The notes beneath the pieces were generated by a model. It was given only the letters and a program-made list of their open reading frames with translations, was not told where the DNA came from and ran no database searches. 64,000 nt of DNA from Tubulanus polymorphus (Eukaryota > Animalia > Nemertea), in NCBI RefSeq assembly GCF_964204645.1, contig NC_134034.1:5554914-5618913 (forward strand). Direction: 5' to 3'. Position 1 is the stretch's first letter; each line of letters opens with the position of its first letter. The position numbers and the translations under genes are program-made. Shown here piece by piece: positions 62,568-64,000 of the stretch.

Positions 62568-63745
62568 TTTTTTGACGCCTTATAAAACGTTACCATTATG
62601 AAACCTAAACAATGTTAACCATCTAGCGTCATTTTACAAACGACAGCCGTAAATCGATGTGCAAAACGTCACAGGTCTGTGTGTACACAAACAAGCTATC
62701 TGGCAAAATATTATTGACATAGATGTAGAATGGCTTCCTGTGATTATATAATGACCTATATTTGAACGTCGAAATATTATATTGCATTGAATATCATTAG
62801 AAGACGTATTGTAATAGTAAAGGATGTATGATTATATTAGAAGCGGCAGGCATAAATAGAAATGATAAGTAAATCGGATTATTCGGTTAAATGGCGGATG
62901 TATACACGATTTGGAAGTCTGATATAAAAGTCAGACCCTGACGTGGGCATGCCGGTGGAATGACGAAGCTATCTACGATGTGTGTAGGGCCGGCGTGAAT
63001 TTCATCAGCGGCTACAAGCGGTCAATATGAAAATGTGTAAACATATAATTTCAATATTCAAACGTTTTAGAAAATATGTTTGATATTAGGAGTATGCAGG
63101 TTTCGTGAGATTAGCAATTTATAATAGCATAGCTGTCATATACGGCTCCGCGTCTTCTGATGGCATGTGTATTAGGCGACAATTCAATTCAATTCTTTAT
63201 TGATCCTTATTACATTGAAATTCCGGGATAAAATTCCCAAATTCAATAAATACAAATTCTAAAATAAATTAATACAACATACATGACACACGGGTAATTC
63301 ATACAGAACAACATAAGCATGTTATTTTAAATGACAATGTCTACTTCAACCCACCCAGACTCAAGACTCTAGTGACAGCCAAACCCGTGGCCCGGCCGGG
63401 CCGGCTGGCTAGGCCACACGATATGCTCGAAGTCATGATGAAGCAGACATCAGAAGAGCTCTTTCTTCAACCATGGAGGCTATGAAGTTGCAGACCAGCT
63501 TAGAGGCATAAGTAAATGAAGTCGGTCGCAAGTTCGCGATCAATTATTGAGAATTTTCAATAAAAAAATTTAAACTACTACTAGAGTCGAAGACCCGCTG
63601 TATCATCTACCCAATCGCCAGATCTCATCATTCCCCAAATTTCTTAAAACTTCGATTTCAAATTTGCAATTCCACATTAGCTTAGCCCAGAAATTCTACA
63701 TTTTTTTCGCAGGCGTCAAATAATTTTCTAAAATTAATTTTCTTG
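62568..63745. repeat. ~1.1-kb segment, inverted diverged copy of 41258-42298
   Basis: Reverse-complement colinearity with several indels. Confidence 0.85.
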
Positions 63746-64000
63746 TTTACAACAGTGATTGACGAAACATTCATACATAATTTTCCCCAATATCTCCGAG
63801 ACCACAAAAACGAAAGCGCCGAATTGAAGGAAAAAGTAACAAACAAACGGAAGCAGAAAAAAGGAACACCCAAAAAAGCGTAGGTCATAGCCTTATTATT
63901 TGATGTTTTATTGTAAAAATGTTTTTTTCCTACAACCTATTTCTTCAGCGTGCCAAACATCCGTGTCCCGTTTGCAATATGCTTAAGACTCAAATGCCGC

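Overview
Eukaryotic (invertebrate-like, AT-rich, intron-containing) genomic window. Host genes: an intronless-CDS Twist bHLH gene (- strand, 3191-3916), a complete 16-exon PLAT+lipoxygenase gene (+, 11264-25476, 668 aa when spliced by hand) and the 3' exons of a HEAT/PBS-lyase-like repeat gene (-, 43052-46881). The rest is nested mobile DNA. (i) A 5'-truncated Gypsy LTR retrotransposon (31803-~39700) has an extra SGNH-hydrolase-like ORF and two inserts: a tRNA-SINE and a 2393-bp AT-rich element (34125-36517). (ii) An ISL2EU-type PIF/Harbinger DNA transposon (47030-57742; THAP-DDE transposase plus convergent SWIM/YqaJ gene) is interrupted by a full-length Tx1-like LINE. (iii) There are several MITE/MULE-like elements, one carrying a USP Cys-box fragment, and a Penelope-like fragment with a minimal hammerhead ribozyme. 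The 2393-bp element is the best candidate for an undescribed system. It has Polinton-like ends (AGT...ACT, 6-bp TSD confirmed by restoring the host reading frame), ~430-bp TIRs each starting with a 122-nt hairpin, a further ~320-bp internal palindrome, and three intact small ORFs that all start at TAAATG (LC8/PPxY-motif protein, TM-basic protein, TM/coiled-coil/C2H2 protein). It encodes no polymerase, integrase or capsid. All coordinates were read by eye; no database searches were run.
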